This document shows, in pieces, positions 22,569 to 36,429 of a stretch of 64,000 bases of DNA. The stretch spans positions 54,748,001-54,812,000 of the forward strand of contig NC_058382.1 of the NCBI RefSeq assembly GCF_018350175.1, in the 5' to 3' direction. Both the position numbers and the translations under genes were made by a program. Position 1 is the first letter of the stretch. Each line of letters begins with the position of its first letter. The stretch comes from Felis catus (taxonomy: Eukaryota). The notes below the pieces were generated by a model, which did no database searches, was not told the DNA's origin, and worked only from the letters and a program-made list of their open reading frames with translations.

Positions 22569-23739
22569 GGAACTGAGCTTTCTTATTAGAGCAACAACTG
22601 TATAACAACAGCTGACACGTACTGACAACTCATGCTGTGCCAAGCACTGAGCCTAAGTACTGCGTGTGCTGGGTCTCATATAATCCTTATAATGCCCCGG
22701 AGGTAGATCCTGGTACCATTCCCATTTTATGGATGAGAAAACTGAGTCTCAGAACAGTTAAGTGACTTGCCTAAGATCACCCAGATGGTTCTGGAGACTC
22801 CGAAGTCCGACTTCTTGACCACTACTTTTATTGCCTGAATCTTACTCACTTCTCCACCTTCGGGGCTTAGTACAGCGCCTGGGACAAAGAAGATACAAGT
22901 AATAGGACAATGATGAGCACAGGGGCTCCAGGCTCACTGCCTGGGTTTTGATCCTCTCTGTTTCACCATCCATAAAATAGAGATAGTACTTGTACCTCAT
23001 TCGAAGGGTTGTTGTGACACGTACACGAAGAGTGCCAGACACATAGTAGCTGCTCAATAAACTGTAGCCGTTGTATTAATGAGCCTTAAAACAGTCGAGA
23101 GGCTGAATCTTGGCTCCTGATAAGTCTCGGGACCTTTGTTAAGTTATTTAACTTCTCTGTGCCTCTGTTTCCTCATCTGTGACGTGAGGAGAACAGAACG
23201 TATGTACCTCATAAGGGTACCGTGAGGATGAAATAAATCCAGGTTCTTAAAGTCCTCAGAAGTGCCTGCCCCTTAGTCACCACAGTCTGAATTAGCTGAG
23301 CTGATGCAGGCCATACAGGCAGAGGATGCCACTCATAAACCCTTGAACGAAGGATGTTCCTCCTCTCTCTGGACAAGACCTTCTCCTGCTGTGGTGAGAA
23401 CAGAAGGGGTCAGCCTCCCAGGCACCCAGGGTCATCCAATCCACCCGGCTGGCCAGTGGCATCAGAAATGACATGAGCAGATCACTGGCACACCCCCAAT
23501 AGCTGCCGCACACTGACAGCCTGATTGGTCACGGGCAGGACACGGTTATGATGCTTAGAGAAAGGGTCTCTGAGTTACTTGGCTTGGGTTCGAATAGCAG
23601 CCGTCTCCTAGGATCTATGCGACAACTAAAGGGATACTACGCATCACGGGCACAGGACAGCACCTGGCACAGAATGGCAGTGGTCCGCGTGGCAGGCATT
23701 TTCGTCGGTTTGGTTCATCACCATATCCTTGTCGGAATC

Positions 23740-24197
23740 AGCACTGTTTTCTACGGCTGCTGGAACATATCACCACAGACCTGGTGGTGTAAAACAACGC
23801 AGACTTATTCCTACAGTTCTGGAGGTCAGAAGTCCCAAATGAGTCTTACAGGAATAAAATCAACATGCAGAAGGACAGCTCCCCTCTGGAAGCTGCAGGG
23901 GAGAGTCTGTTTCCTTGCCTCTTTCAGCTTCCTCATCCCCTGGCTCGGGGACTCACGCTTTTGTCCCCCTGGTTTAGCATCCCAGTGCTTTCCTCCTTCT
24001 GTAGTCAAAGTCTCCCTGTACCTCCCTCTTATAAGGACCCATATGATGACACTGCAGCAGATAACTCAGGATACCCTTGCTATCTAAAATCCTTAACTTC
24101 ATGACGTCTGCCCAGTCCCTTTGCCATCTAGGTGACATTCACAGGTTCCAGGCCTTAGGACCTGGATATCTTTGGGGACCATTATCTAGCCCACCCC
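23740..24197 (-). mobile_element. MaLR LTR (MLT1-type)
   Basis: ggctgctggaaca...caccacagacctggtgg...cagttctggaggtcagaagtcc...gggagagtctgtttccttgcctcttt...aaaatccttaacttc...acattcacaggttccagg...ccattat pattern. Confidence 0.8.
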
Positions 24198-24569
24198 AAG
24201 CACCTGGCTCATAATGCACTCGGTAAATCCCGGCCACGTGAACATCAGACGCTCAGTGGTGCCATCGGCATCCCCTCGGCTGGGTCCTTTCAGGAGTGAC
24301 CACAGCAGCACATCTGGCCTCCTTGCCTTCAGGTCCTACTCACATCTCACCTTCGGTGTGGCCTTCCTGGCCCCAAGTTAACTGCCAGTTAACTCCTCCA
24401 TCACACACACTTGTCATCCCTTTATCACATGGTTTAACGTAGTTTTCCCCGAAGCACGTTTGGCCTTCTAGCATACTGTAAAATTTATGTGTTTGCTAGG
24501 GTTATTGGTATTTGTCCATCCTCCTCACTGGAATGTAAGCTCAAGGATTTCTTCAGGGCAAGGACTTTT

Positions 24570-25009
24570 TGGGGTTTTTGTTTGTTTATATTTTTGTAAT
24601 GTCTACTTATTTTTGAGAGAGAGAAAGACAGAGCACAAGTGGGGTAGGGGCAGAGAGAGAGGGAGACACAGAATCTGAAGCAGGCTCCAGTTTCTGAGCT
24701 GTCAGCAAAGAGCCCAATGCGGGGCTTGAGCTCACGAACTGCGAGATCACGACCTGAGCCGAAGTCGGATGTTTAACCAACTGAGCCACCCAGGCGGCCC
24801 TTGTTTTTCTTGTTAAGTTTATTTATTTATTTAGAGAGAGAGTGTGTGTGAGCATGAGTGCGAGCTGGGGAGGGGCAGAGAGCGAGGGAGAGAGAGAGAG
24901 AATCCCAAGCAGAGCCCAATGTGGGGATCGAATTCACGAACTTTGAGATCACGACCAGAGCCAAAATCGAGAGTCAGATGCTTAACCAACTGAGCCAGCC
25001 AGGCACCCC
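24570..25009 (-). mobile_element. Two CanSINEs (about 24570-24800 and 24815-25009) within an L2 remnant
   Basis: Two reverse SINE bodies. The flanks ggaatgtaagctc and tctagaactgtactgggcac...tgttgagtga are L2-like. Confidence 0.88.
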
Positions 25010-28000
25010 ATGGACTTTTCTGTTGTAGCCTCACACATCTCCTAGGGGTCTAGAACTGTACTGGGCACACGCAGGTGTTCAGTACCTGAGTGTTGAGTGA
25101 ACATACGACCTGGATGGCCTGACCGAGTTTCTCTCAGCTGTGAGTCTGGTTCTTTATCTTTTAGGGTTGATCATGGCTTTCATAACAATGAAGGCATTGC
25201 CTGTGGTGAGGCCAATCAATTCCAGGCAACCTAGGTATTATCCTGTTCACAGTCCCCACCCCATTCCATTAATACACTGGCAATTTTGATCTCTAAAACA
25301 CACATAACCTCAATTCTTATCTCTGCCAATACTTGCAAAAGTCTGGGAGGGAAGTGAATGGTTTGGCTTTGGATTTTACTGGAAGATAAACTTTTGAGAA
25401 TTCAGATGGTGTAGAGATGGAAGGGTAAGTTGACCCTGGCTGAAGTCACCAAGGTTTGTTGTATTGAGTTATACTGTTTCTACTAGCTGGCCTGGAGGTA
25501 ATGAGTTTGCGACTTCTGCGGTTGGCTGGCCTCAAGAGGTTGGCTGTAGAAAGGTCCTGAGCACTGACTGGGGGGCGGGGGGCATGGTGGAGGGGCTTCG
25601 GGGTGCCCATGAGCTTCCTGAAACTGCACGTGAACGTCTGTGTGTCTGTATGTTCTTAAGGAGAGTAGAGCCCATTGCTTCTATCAGCTTCTTAGGAGGG
25701 AAAGTGGAGAACTTCTGCACTGCCCCAGCTGGGACGGCTCTGCGATCCTGGGACTCACAACACACAGCTCAAGTGAACAGGCTGTACACAGATCAGGGAT
25801 GAGAGGCATGACCCCTTCCCCCCACTCCTAACCCTTAACAGGTCCCCAAGCTACTATGTTAAAGGTGCTGAACCAGGCACTGGTTCAGATCTCAAGTTGA
25901 CCAGTCTCATTTTTTGTAAGACTCTGGGTGTTTCTTGAGGCCTCAGTAGTTCTCCTTGGTAGACTTGGGACTGCTCTACTTTGTCTGATTTTGTGTGAAT
26001 ATGAAGGTTCTTCAAGGGTACAGAATGCTGTCGAATCGCATAGTATTAACGATAAAGAAAATATGTGCCTTTTTTTGTTATGTGGCAACAGACTGGCTCG
26101 CTTCCTACTCTGTTTATCTGTCCAGCCATCCATCCGATAAGTATTCACTTCCTCACAACATTCACAAAAGCTACTGTGTATGTAACAAAAGCTTTATATA
26201 AAACACGAAGCCTCATTTTAGAAAATCATGAATAAACTGAGGTTCAGAGAGCTCAGGTTACTTGCTCAAAGTCTAGAAAGTGACAGAGCAGAGCCTGATT
26301 GGAAACCTTATTGATGCAATGGCAATGTTCACCATGATCACCTAGCAAAATACTCCTGAAGGCGAGAGGGGAGGGGAGATACCCCCCGGAAGGAAGATGG
26401 GAGGACAGAGCACCTCGAAATCTATGTTTCACCTTAACATGCTTACATGTGTTACAGTGTACATTGTATTATGCCCCTGCTTTTTTTAATATCAAAGAAT
26501 TTCCCAGCAATCTTTGCGTACAAGTGATGCTCTGGGAAGGGGGTATACCCCAGGGTAGTTCTGCTACATTCCGCACCACAAACACCACTTTGCACGTCGG
26601 ATGTTTGCTGTTTATTTTTGAGATTTACCTCCTGCGTGGGACTGGAGGAGGACAAGAACTGAACCTGATTCCTTCTTGCTGCCTCCCGAGACCTTGTCCA
26701 GTATCCAGCGTGAAGTAAGTACACATATCATGAATCTGGCAAATACTTATTGAATGCCCGGCATGCACCAAGCCAGGTGCTATGGGAGACAGAGACAGAT
26801 AGGACGTGCTCCCTGCTCTCGAAACGATTACAACTGAGCTGGAGAGGCCAAGCTTCCAGAATCTGCTTGAAAAGGATCTTTCCGAGAGTCTTGGCACAAC
26901 ATTTTTAAAAGCTTGGGACTATAATAGAGCAATAGAAGAGATGGGAGGTAATTAGACACCAAACAAAAAGTGTCATTAAATAGGACAAATTTCATGAAAA
27001 GTGACAACCTGTTCCTCTGGAAAGGCAGCATTGTGTCAAGTTAGCACAACTTGCAGTCACAAAGTACAAATTATCAATGATGAAATGTGCCTGTTTCCCA
27101 AGAGGGAAAGGCTGAGAGCCAAGTCGCCTGCTCTAGATGCTATCTGTTTCGCCACAAGGGTCTGAGCCTCTGATTGCTTGGCCTGTGAGGGCCACGTTCA
27201 GAACTCGGGCAGCACACGTAAACCCACGTCCCTTTCTGACAGACGTGGGTAGGTTCTGAGTTTATCAGAGTGAATTCTATTCATCAGATGTTCACTGAAC
27301 TGACTGTGTCAGTACCGGCCATGCAGTGAGAGGCAGGGGTGCGTGATGAGGGCTCACACAGGGAGTCAGAATCCTGGCTCTTCCGTGAATCAGCTGGGGG
27401 ATGTGGGACAGGGTTTCTACCTCTCTGAGACTTGGTTTTTTAAACCACAGCCTGGGATCCTAATACTTACCTCGTAGGTTGTTGTAAAGGTTCATTGGGG
27501 TGACAGACAAAAAGCTCCCTGCACAGGGAACTGTACTAAGACCTCCACAAATGGGCACAAGTAGAAGGGGCAATTGTGGCAAAATTAAGGAAGTGATCTC
27601 TGATTTCCAGAAACCTCAGGTCTAGTGAAAAGACAAGTACACTAACAGATAGAGGTCATTACTGTGATGGGTGTGACTGTTTTAAGTGAACATTTACTGA
27701 GCACTTACTATGTGCCAGATACTGTGTTAAACAACTTTGGCTGGATAATCCCATTTCTTCTGCACAAAACTCTATGAGGCAGGAACCACAATTGTTCCCG
27801 GTGGGGAACGTGAGGCGTAGGCAGGTTAAGTAACATGCCCAGGGTCACGGGGCTGGAAAGCGGTCAGAAGCAGGGTTTGCACCCAGAGGTCTGGCTCCAG
27901 AATGAGATTTCAAGGCACAACAGTGAGAGAGAAGGGAAGCCCAGAGAGGCTTCACAGGGGCGATGCTAAAATGGCGAGCAGTTTTTCGGGCACCAGAGTC

Positions 28001-28507
28001 AGGTGAGAAGGCGCCCAGGCAGGAGGGAGAAGCAGAGGCAAAGAGCTGGCAGGACGAACAGCTTGTTCTGTCCAGGAATCCAGGTGGGTGCGTGCAGGGG
28101 GGTTGGGATGAGGGTGGTGGGGATCTGGAAGATGAAGGTGGGGAAGCAGGGGCAGACAGCGTGACACGTCAGAGGCCAGGCATGGGGACTTGGCCTTTTA
28201 CCTGGAGGAGATAAGGGGCCGATGAAGGATGAGGAAGACAGGGTCGCTGGCAGGTAGGGAATGCGCCTATCCGCTAGGCTCAGAGAGACATGACTCTGGC
28301 TGGTCTATTTGAATAGTCAGGCTGTATCACATTTCCCAACTGAATGACTAACTTTCCAGCTATTGGATGTGTGCGAGTTTCCCCTCTCCCCTCCTGGCCA
28401 CTCAGTTCCTTAAATGTTGACCCTGACTGCTTTCCCTCTCCCGCAAGTGCCCGGCAAATGTAGGTACTAAAAGAATCTGTTAAGTGAATGAGTGATCAAG
28501 AGCATGA

Positions 28508-28725
28508 ACGGGGGTCCTGGGAGGCTCATGTGGTCGAGCGTCTGACTCTTGGTTTCAGTTCAGATCGTGATCTCGTGGTTTGTAAGTTCGAGCCCCACCC
28601 CGGGCTCTGCGCTGGCAGCATGGAGCCTGCTTGGGATGCTCTCTCTTTCTGTCTCTCTGAGCCTCCCCTGCTGTCTCTCTCCCCAGATAAATAAATAAAC
28701 TTTAAAAAATTATTTTTTAAAAAAA
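28508..28725 (+). mobile_element. CanSINE (older)
   Basis: Diverged head and tail, with AA(G/A)AGCATGAA on both flanks. Confidence 0.85.
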
Positions 28726-28789
28726 GCATGAATGAATAAGTGAGTCTCTGAAGAGCTGAATTGTGAGCTGGATTTAAGAAAATGCATAT

Positions 28790-30115
28790 AGCCAAGGTGG
28801 ATCACAGACCTAAATGTGAAAGGGAAACAGAAAAGTTTCCAGAAGGGGCACCTAGGTGGCTCAGCTGGTTGAGCGTCTGACTTCAGCTCAGGTCCTGATC
28901 TCAGGGTTCATGAGTTTGAGCCCCGTGTTGGGCTCTGTGCTGACAGCTCAAAACCTGGAGCCTGCTTTGGATTCTGTGTTTCCCCCTCTCTCTGCACCTC
29001 CCCCACTCATGTTCTGTCTTTCTCTCAAAAAAATAAACATTAAAAAATTAAAAAAAAAAAAAACACAAGAAAAGCTTCCAGAAGAAAGCACAGGAAAGTA
29101 TCACGGTGGTCACAAAGAGTGTCCAACAGACCATGAAAGAAAAGCACTAGCCATAAAAGGAGGTAATAATAAACTCCACTTCATTAAGATTAAGAAGACC
29201 TGTTCATCAGAGATGACATTTAGAGAATGAAAGGCAAGCTGGAGACAAGGAGAAGAAATGTGCATTTCCATATATATGATAAAGAACTCCTAAAAATCAC
29301 GTTGAGAAGTGAATTTTTAAAAATGAGGCACTACTTGAATAAGCACTTAAATAGTGTGTTTACACACATGCATTTAATAAATAAATACACACATACATAT
29401 ATGCATATATTAACATACATATGTAACCTACACATACCACTACACACCCACCGGAATGGGTGTAATTAAACGACCAACACCACCAATTACAGAAGGATGT
29501 AGAACAGCTGGAACGCTCACGCACGCCTGGTGCGAGTATCATTTGGTGCGACCACTTTGGAAAACCGTCTGCCAGGATTTACTGAAGCCGAACATGAGCT
29601 GGCTCTATGACTCAGCAATTCAACCCCTGCGCATGTCCACACGAGAGGCAAGTGCCCACAGCCCACCCCGAGACCTGTTTAGGAACGTCCATAACAGCTC
29701 TATGGTAATAGCCCCAAACTGGAAACAATGCAAACAGCCATCAACGGGAAAATGGATAAGTATATTGTGGCATATTCACATGGTGGTATAGTCAGAGTTA
29801 TAAACAAAACAAAACAAAACAAAACAAAACAAAACAAAACAAAAACCCACCTTGCTATAGGCAACAAAACGAAAGAATTTCAAAGGTGTTGTATTGGGTG
29901 AAAAAAGCCAGACACTCAGGTCCAAGAACGGGAAAAGCCAATCAATAGGGATAGACAGGAGACCGTGCTTTCCTTGGGGAGACGCGTCTGGGTCACCGGA
30001 GAAGTTCTTTCTCTTGATCTGGGTGGTGATTGCACAGGAGTACTCACACGCGACACTTCACTGAGCCGTACCCTCAAGATCAGTGCACTTTATGTTATAC
30101 CTCAATAAAGAGGTG
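28790..30115 (+). mobile_element. Old L1 ORF2 end/3'UTR with nested CanSINE (28845-29067) and (AAAAC)n
   Basis: tggatcacagacctaaatgtgaaa, accactttggaaaac, atagccccaaactggaaacaa and the terminal tatgttatacctcaataaa. SINE TSD AGAAAAG(T/C)TTCCAGAA at 28829-28844 and 29068-29083. Confidence 0.85.
29802..29845. repeat. (AAAAC)n pentanucleotide microsatellite, about 8 units
   Basis: Read directly from the sequence. Confidence 0.95.
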
Positions 30116-31169
30116 TTGAAAGATAATAAATATATTAAAGTGTTAGAAAAGTGCTGAAGAAGAGGTCTGCCATATTTTGAAAAACATAAGAGTGAATTTA
30201 AATGTTAAAACAATAAAACTAAAGACATGCAGCATGAAATAAAAGGACTGGAATGGGGGGGAGGGGGTCGGTTCAAGAGCCGGAGCAGGAAAAGGAAGTC
30301 AGAAGACAGACCAGGGCCACGTCGAGGTGAGCACTGACATCAGGGAGAAACCATCAACCCAGACCCGTGTGGACATGGTGGCTGGGGCCCTGACTGCAGA
30401 GGGGAAGAGCCTAGATTCTGATGTGCTCAGAGCCGATCATCCCTGTGGTGGGCAAGGATGCCACTGAAAACCAGGTGGCGACTGCGACAAGAGACATGAG
30501 GCTCAGCATGTACTGAGCGCCTACTACGTGCCACGCCCCGTGGTCAGTGGTCAGTGCCTCACTGCAGTCTTCTCATGTTTACTCCCTGCGACCACTCTGT
30601 GAAGTGACTCTGGTTGCCCCCAGTTGACAGGGTGAAGTCACTTCCTTGGGGTCTCCAAGGGCAAGAGAAAGAGACTCCGGGCAGGCAGGCAGGAAATCCA
30701 GTGAATTTAAGGAACTGAGACGACTTCAGACATTTGAACAGGTCTGAGGAGCAAATTACTCATGAGATACAAAGTGTGCAGGATAAACCAGCTCGTGGTA
30801 CACCTAGCAGTGTAGTGACCAGAATCCGAGGAGAAGAACAGAGATGGAGTACTTTTTGTATGCTTTCAGGTAGATCAACAACATACAGTGACCAAAGTAA
30901 ATTTAAAGGGCACAGTGTGCCAAGTGGGTGTGCCTGGAAGGGGGACGGTAAAGGTTGTTGCATGGAACTTGGTTGGAAAGTAGCTATTGGGCTGGCCTGT
31001 GCCCAGAGCTGTTATATTGTGACGTCCCAAGATTTGTAACTTTCCTTTCATGTCCTTTGAGTCACTCTTAATAATTCACCTTCCTCCACCTTGGCAATGT
31101 CAGGTTAGGCAGCAAGGGTTGAAAAGATCCAGCTTTCCTCTCCTCCTCCCCCACCTTCCTTCCGTGTCT

Positions 31170-32250
31170 TTCTTTCAAGAAGTATATACTTATTACATAT
31201 ATTATTTAACATGCATTGTTTTAGAGGCTGAGGATACAGTGATAAATAAAACAGGAAGTTCCTACCAGGCCTCATGAAGCTTGTATTATAGTCAGAGGAG
31301 ATACACAATATGCAAATAAACATCCACAGTTTTATGCAGCAAGGAAAAATGAAGTTAGCTAGGTGGAGGCCTTTCTGAGGAGTTGACATTTAAGCTCTGA
31401 TCTAAGTAGAATGAAAGAACAAGTTAGGAGAATGTGAGGAGACTTCCAGGCTCAGAAAGCAGCCAGTGCAAAGGCCCGGAGGTGGGCGTATGTGAAGGTT
31501 GGTCAGGCAAGAGCGAGAAGGCCGGTTTGAGGGGCACGTGGGTGGCTCAGTTGGTTAAGCGGCTGACTCTTGATCTCAGCTCATGTCATGATCTCGAAGT
31601 TTGTGGGATCCAGCCCCTCGTTGGCTCTGTGCTGACAGCATGGAGCCTGCTTGGGATTCTCTCTCTCCCCCTCTCTCTCTCTCTTCTCCTCCCCTGCTCA
31701 CTCACTCTCACGCTCTCTCAAAATAAACTCAGGAAAAAAAAAAAAAGGCTGGTTTGGTTAGTGCACACTGAGGAAGAGGAAAGTCATAGGAAATGAGGTC
31801 ACAGAGGAAGGAAGAGCTCACATAGGGCTTTTGTAAGCCACGGGGAAGCCATTGGAAAGTTTGCACTTGGAAGCAACTCGATCTGATTAGCGTATGGGGA
31901 GAAAGGACTCATAAGGAGGCAAGAGAAAAGCAAGGGGAGCACTGGGAGGCCGCCGCAGGAGTCCAGGGGGAGTTGATCAGTGGCTCTCCCAGAGCAGTAG
32001 TGGCAGGGGTTGTGAGGCTAAGGCTGCATTCAGGACACAGTCTGCATAAAGAGCTGCAGGGTTTGCTGGGGAATTGGATGAAGGGTGTGAGAGACGGAGG
32101 TCAAGGATGTCCCTAAGTTTCTGCCCTCTGTCCTTAAACGAATGATGCTGCCACTGATTTGGGGAATGAGCAGGTTGACGCGGTAAAACCAAGAGTTAAA
32201 TTCATAGTTGCGGATGCCTATTAGATACTCACTTGGAGATGTTAGCAGGC
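31170..32250 (-). mobile_element. L2 fragment with nested CanSINE (+, 31531-31745)
   Basis: L2-like motifs ggctgaggatacagtgataaataaaaca, agccagtgcaaaggcccggagg and ggagccattggaaagttt, plus a SINE head at 31531. Confidence 0.7.
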
Positions 32251-35200
32251 TGTCTCTTGGTGTTCGGTGGGGGAATCTCCAAAAGCTACCGAAGTGATCC
32301 CTTACGGACGGAAAAATCTCAGTTCTCCCTAGTTACTAACATTTATTCCTTCAGCAAATATTTACTGAGCCCCTACTGTGTATCAGGCACTGCACCGGGT
32401 GCTGAGGAGTATAGCATAGATTGGGTCAGAAACACTCACTGTCTTCATTACAACTTAATTAGTTCACTGGTTTCTGAGACACCTCTCTGAATATTGTGTA
32501 AATACGTGGAATCGACTCTCTGGAGTTATAAATACTGAGATGTGCTCTGACTCAGCAATTTGGAAGAGCTTAGATTTTCCGAAAGAAAGGAGCTATAAAT
32601 AGATTTGGACAAATGACAGAGTTACCCATAAAATATGTGAAGACCGCCTTCAAATGAATCAGAAGGGACTGTCTCAACCAAATTCATGTTTACGAAGAGT
32701 CAACTTGGTGTAATGGAAAAGCTTACAGGGTTGGAAGGCAGGAGCTCGAGGCCTGTGTTCTTCTCCGACTAGGTCGCATGTATGACCTTGGCTGAGTCCT
32801 TGGCTCATCTTGCTTCGGTGTCCTCTCCAATAAATTGAATCTGAGAGCCAGTGTTTTCTCAAGAGCCTCCTAACTATTGTTGTTTTCTTTGCATTTTTTT
32901 TTTTTTTTTTTTTTACTGGACTCTCCCTCTTCTTTCCAACACTTACTAAAAACCAAAACCTCAAACTCCAAGGTGATTCTTCTCTTCTTCAAGGGCTCGT
33001 TGTTCAAAGCAAGATAAACCTAGAGTTCCCCTCCTCCCGCCTGGCTTTTTGCAAATGGAAAGAAAATGGTTTTTTCTGATTGTAGAAATGATACACGTGC
33101 TTCGTGAAAATCACAAAGACAATAAAAAGTCTCTGCAGTGATCCACTGAGGCAACCATGTCTGTTTTCACCATCATTGTATCTGCAGTGTATCACATGGC
33201 AGTTACTTAATAGATATTTGTTGAATGAATGACTTCTGCTGCTATCTTGTGAACACCCTTTTTAGTCTCCCGACAGGAGGAGGGGGAGGAGAAAATTCTT
33301 TCTCTGGGGGTTGTTTAGCCACTAAAGCAGGAGGGGCCACTTAGTCCCAGAGACTGACATGGCTGGGACCATACCGGATCTCAAATGACTCGTTTCACAA
33401 CAGCGGAGGTCGGAAATCTATGGAATGCAGGGAAACAATCACACCAAAGACACCATTCTGATGGCCGTCAACAGTATCACGGGCGGCACAGTTTGAGCAA
33501 TAACAAGAAAGGCTGCACAACAGTCCAAGGTCTAACCGGGAGTGGCTCCTGCAGGCTGTGCCCCACAAGCCTTCCTCCCACGTGTGGGTGCTCTTGCTTC
33601 CCTACACAAGGCAGGGGTTTCTCGTGGCACCTGAGCTGAACTCAACACTTGATCGAAAACCTAGCATTCTTTTGATTGTTAACTCCCCTCTTGGTAAACC
33701 AAGATGGTTTTCTGATTACTTCAGGAAATGGATGAAAGCCAGAAGGTGTCTGTAGACACAGGCTTTATCTTTTTCTCCCAAATGGAAGTGGTGGCTGATG
33801 TTGAAAAACTGGGACATTTGACATGTGAATTTCAGATCTCTTGAAAAACCCCTGCACTTGGCACCACGGGGTCCTTATCCCAAGGGGCAGTCCGCTAGGG
33901 CTGAGGGGCAGCCTCTTGCTCTAGACAGGGTGTTCAGCTCCCTGCCATCCTGCTGTGTTCCATCCTGCCTACTGTGCTCATTGACCCAACTTGCTACCTC
34001 TAACTAATTATGCAAAAGCGCTCGAGGGGCATCTATGAAGTACCAGGCACTGTGCAAGTCCCTTGGAACACGAGAGAATTCAACACAGCTCCGACCTTGG
34101 AGGCGCTCGCAAACCAACAAAGAAACCGGTTAATTACAGTGTGGTAAGGGGATAAAGCGCAGCCCAGAAAGCAGGAACATGGCACGGCACGGGGACTCTG
34201 CCCTGCGAGGCTGTTTGGAGGTTCCTTGAAGGTCATGTTTGTGCTTGGTTTTGAAAGATGAGTTATTCAGGCGGGTGGGATGGTGGTAAATATTGCCAAC
34301 AGCGGGGGTGCTTTTGAAAGCATCTACGAGGTCTTTTGCTGATCTGACCGTCTCAAGCCAGCAACTTTTCCCTGGTTGATGCAGGTCTGTCTACAACCCT
34401 CTGCCCAGGTGTTTTACCCCTCCACCCCTTCCTTCCTTCCTTCTGTCAAAATGCCAGAGAATGTTCACCTCTACCAGGAAGAGCCTACCTGACTAATCCC
34501 CACTCACTTCCAGTTATTTCAACTAACACAACACCCCCATTCTGGGGAAACTGGTTACCTGAGGGTGATTCTGTTATTTGAACTCTTTGTTTTGGAACCT
34601 TCTGATAGTTGGGAGAGTAAACCAGCATTCCAAGCAATTAATACGTATTTATCAAATATCTACATTGTAGAGAACTCTCTCTGCCACATACATCATTTTT
34701 GATCCCAACAGCAACCCAGTTGAGAATGAAGACAAAGACAAATAGACTAAAAGCAGAAAAGATAAAATTCAGAAAACATTTATTAAGTGCTCGTTATTCA
34801 CAATTTTGTTAATCCCTCCGTGCATCCCTCCTAGTAGTGCTCAGTGAATGACACTGAGTACTGCTAGGGCCAAGCACTGTGCTTAGCACCTGGAAATCGA
34901 GCCACTGAAACATATAAGCTGGCAGGTGACATGGATAAAGAAACCCATTTATAATAAGTTACCTGCCAGAGCAGTTTCAAAGTACAACAACAACTGGGGG
35001 AAAGGAGTGTCGACCGCTCCCAGGGATATGGGGCAGGTATCATGGAGAAGTCTGAGCTGCTTATCTTGTTTTTTATTTTTATTGTGACATTTGACAACAT
35101 ACACAGAAATACGGAGACTGGTACAACGAAACTCCACGTACCCACAACCTGCTTTAACAATTAGTAACTCATAGACACTCGATTCATCTGTACCCTCACC

Positions 35201-36429
35201 CGCTTCCCTCCATCCCTTCATTTGGTTTTGAAGCCAGCCCTAGACATTTTTCTTTCACCCATAAATACTAAGCTGAGTTTGAAGAAGGAACTGGAAAAGT
35301 CTAGACCTTCCACCAATAACTTCCTTTTCCCCAATTACTCTTCTGCCAGCGACTCCAAAGCCTTCGCTAGTTCAGGGTAAAGACCCATGGCTGCATTGGA
35401 CCCTTTGAGCTGGTTGAAAGAAAAGACTGAACGGATCCAGTGAAAACCCCATCCTGCCTTACCTGAAATGCTGTTCATTCTTCAGGTGCTTGGTCCTAAT
35501 TAATAATCCTTCAGAAAAATTGCTTAATTCTTTAGAAGCTTATTGAGGGTTGTACAAATGACCTAATGTTTGTACAATTAGGCTGTACAAACAACATAGT
35601 GTTTGTACAAAATGGTGGCTACATTCCACATTCCCATGTGCCCTTAAACTCCGGGGGGTGGGGGGGGGGAACCTCAGACCATATGGGCTTGCCCTGGGGA
35701 CGGAGCTGACTCAAAATTGCTTCCTGTCACATCCTTGATCTTCACGGGGTTGGGAACCTAGTCCTATGTGGACATCTGATCTCTATGCCCTCCACCCCTT
35801 CAGCGTCTCCTGTCTGTCTGATGGGTACCAACATCCACGCAGTTACTCAACCCAGAACGTTGTCCAGGACTCCCTTTCCCTCACAATTCTGCCTGTTCCT
35901 TTAAAAGCATCCATTAATATCCACTTACATACACCAAGATCCTTCGATTTAGGTCCCCAGACCCTTCCTTCAGGTACTGCAATTATTTAAGCATCTTTCT
36001 GCCTTTAGCACCACCCTCCTCATTCTCCACGCAGCAGCGGGGTCATCTTTATAAAACACCCCGTTTCAAACGCTTTCATAGTTCCTAACCCCTACAGAAT
36101 CAAGACCATGCTCCTTACCGTCGACAGGGAGGCCCTGCAAAATATAAGGTTTCTTGCGTGCTTCTCCAGCTTCGTCTGCTTCATCTCCTTCCCTAGCCTG
36201 CAACCAAATGCTCTTTTTGAGGGTCTGCTTTCTGGGGTCTGCGCTCTTACCTGGGAAGCGCCCTTTCTTTCAGGAATAATAAAAGCTACACCTACTGCGC
36301 CCTTGCTTACACGCGAGAGCTCACAGGAGTCCACGACACCACTGAGAAGCCATCACCTTCCTTTTGCAGATGGAGAAAGTGAGGATGGACGCCTTACCCA
36401 TGGCCACACAGCTACTGAGTGGGAAGCCG

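Noticed and set aside
27463..27472. ATACTTACCT, identical to the U1 snRNA 5' end
   Set aside because: It lies in a MIR core (aatacttacctcgtaggttgttgtaaagg) and no U1 body follows.
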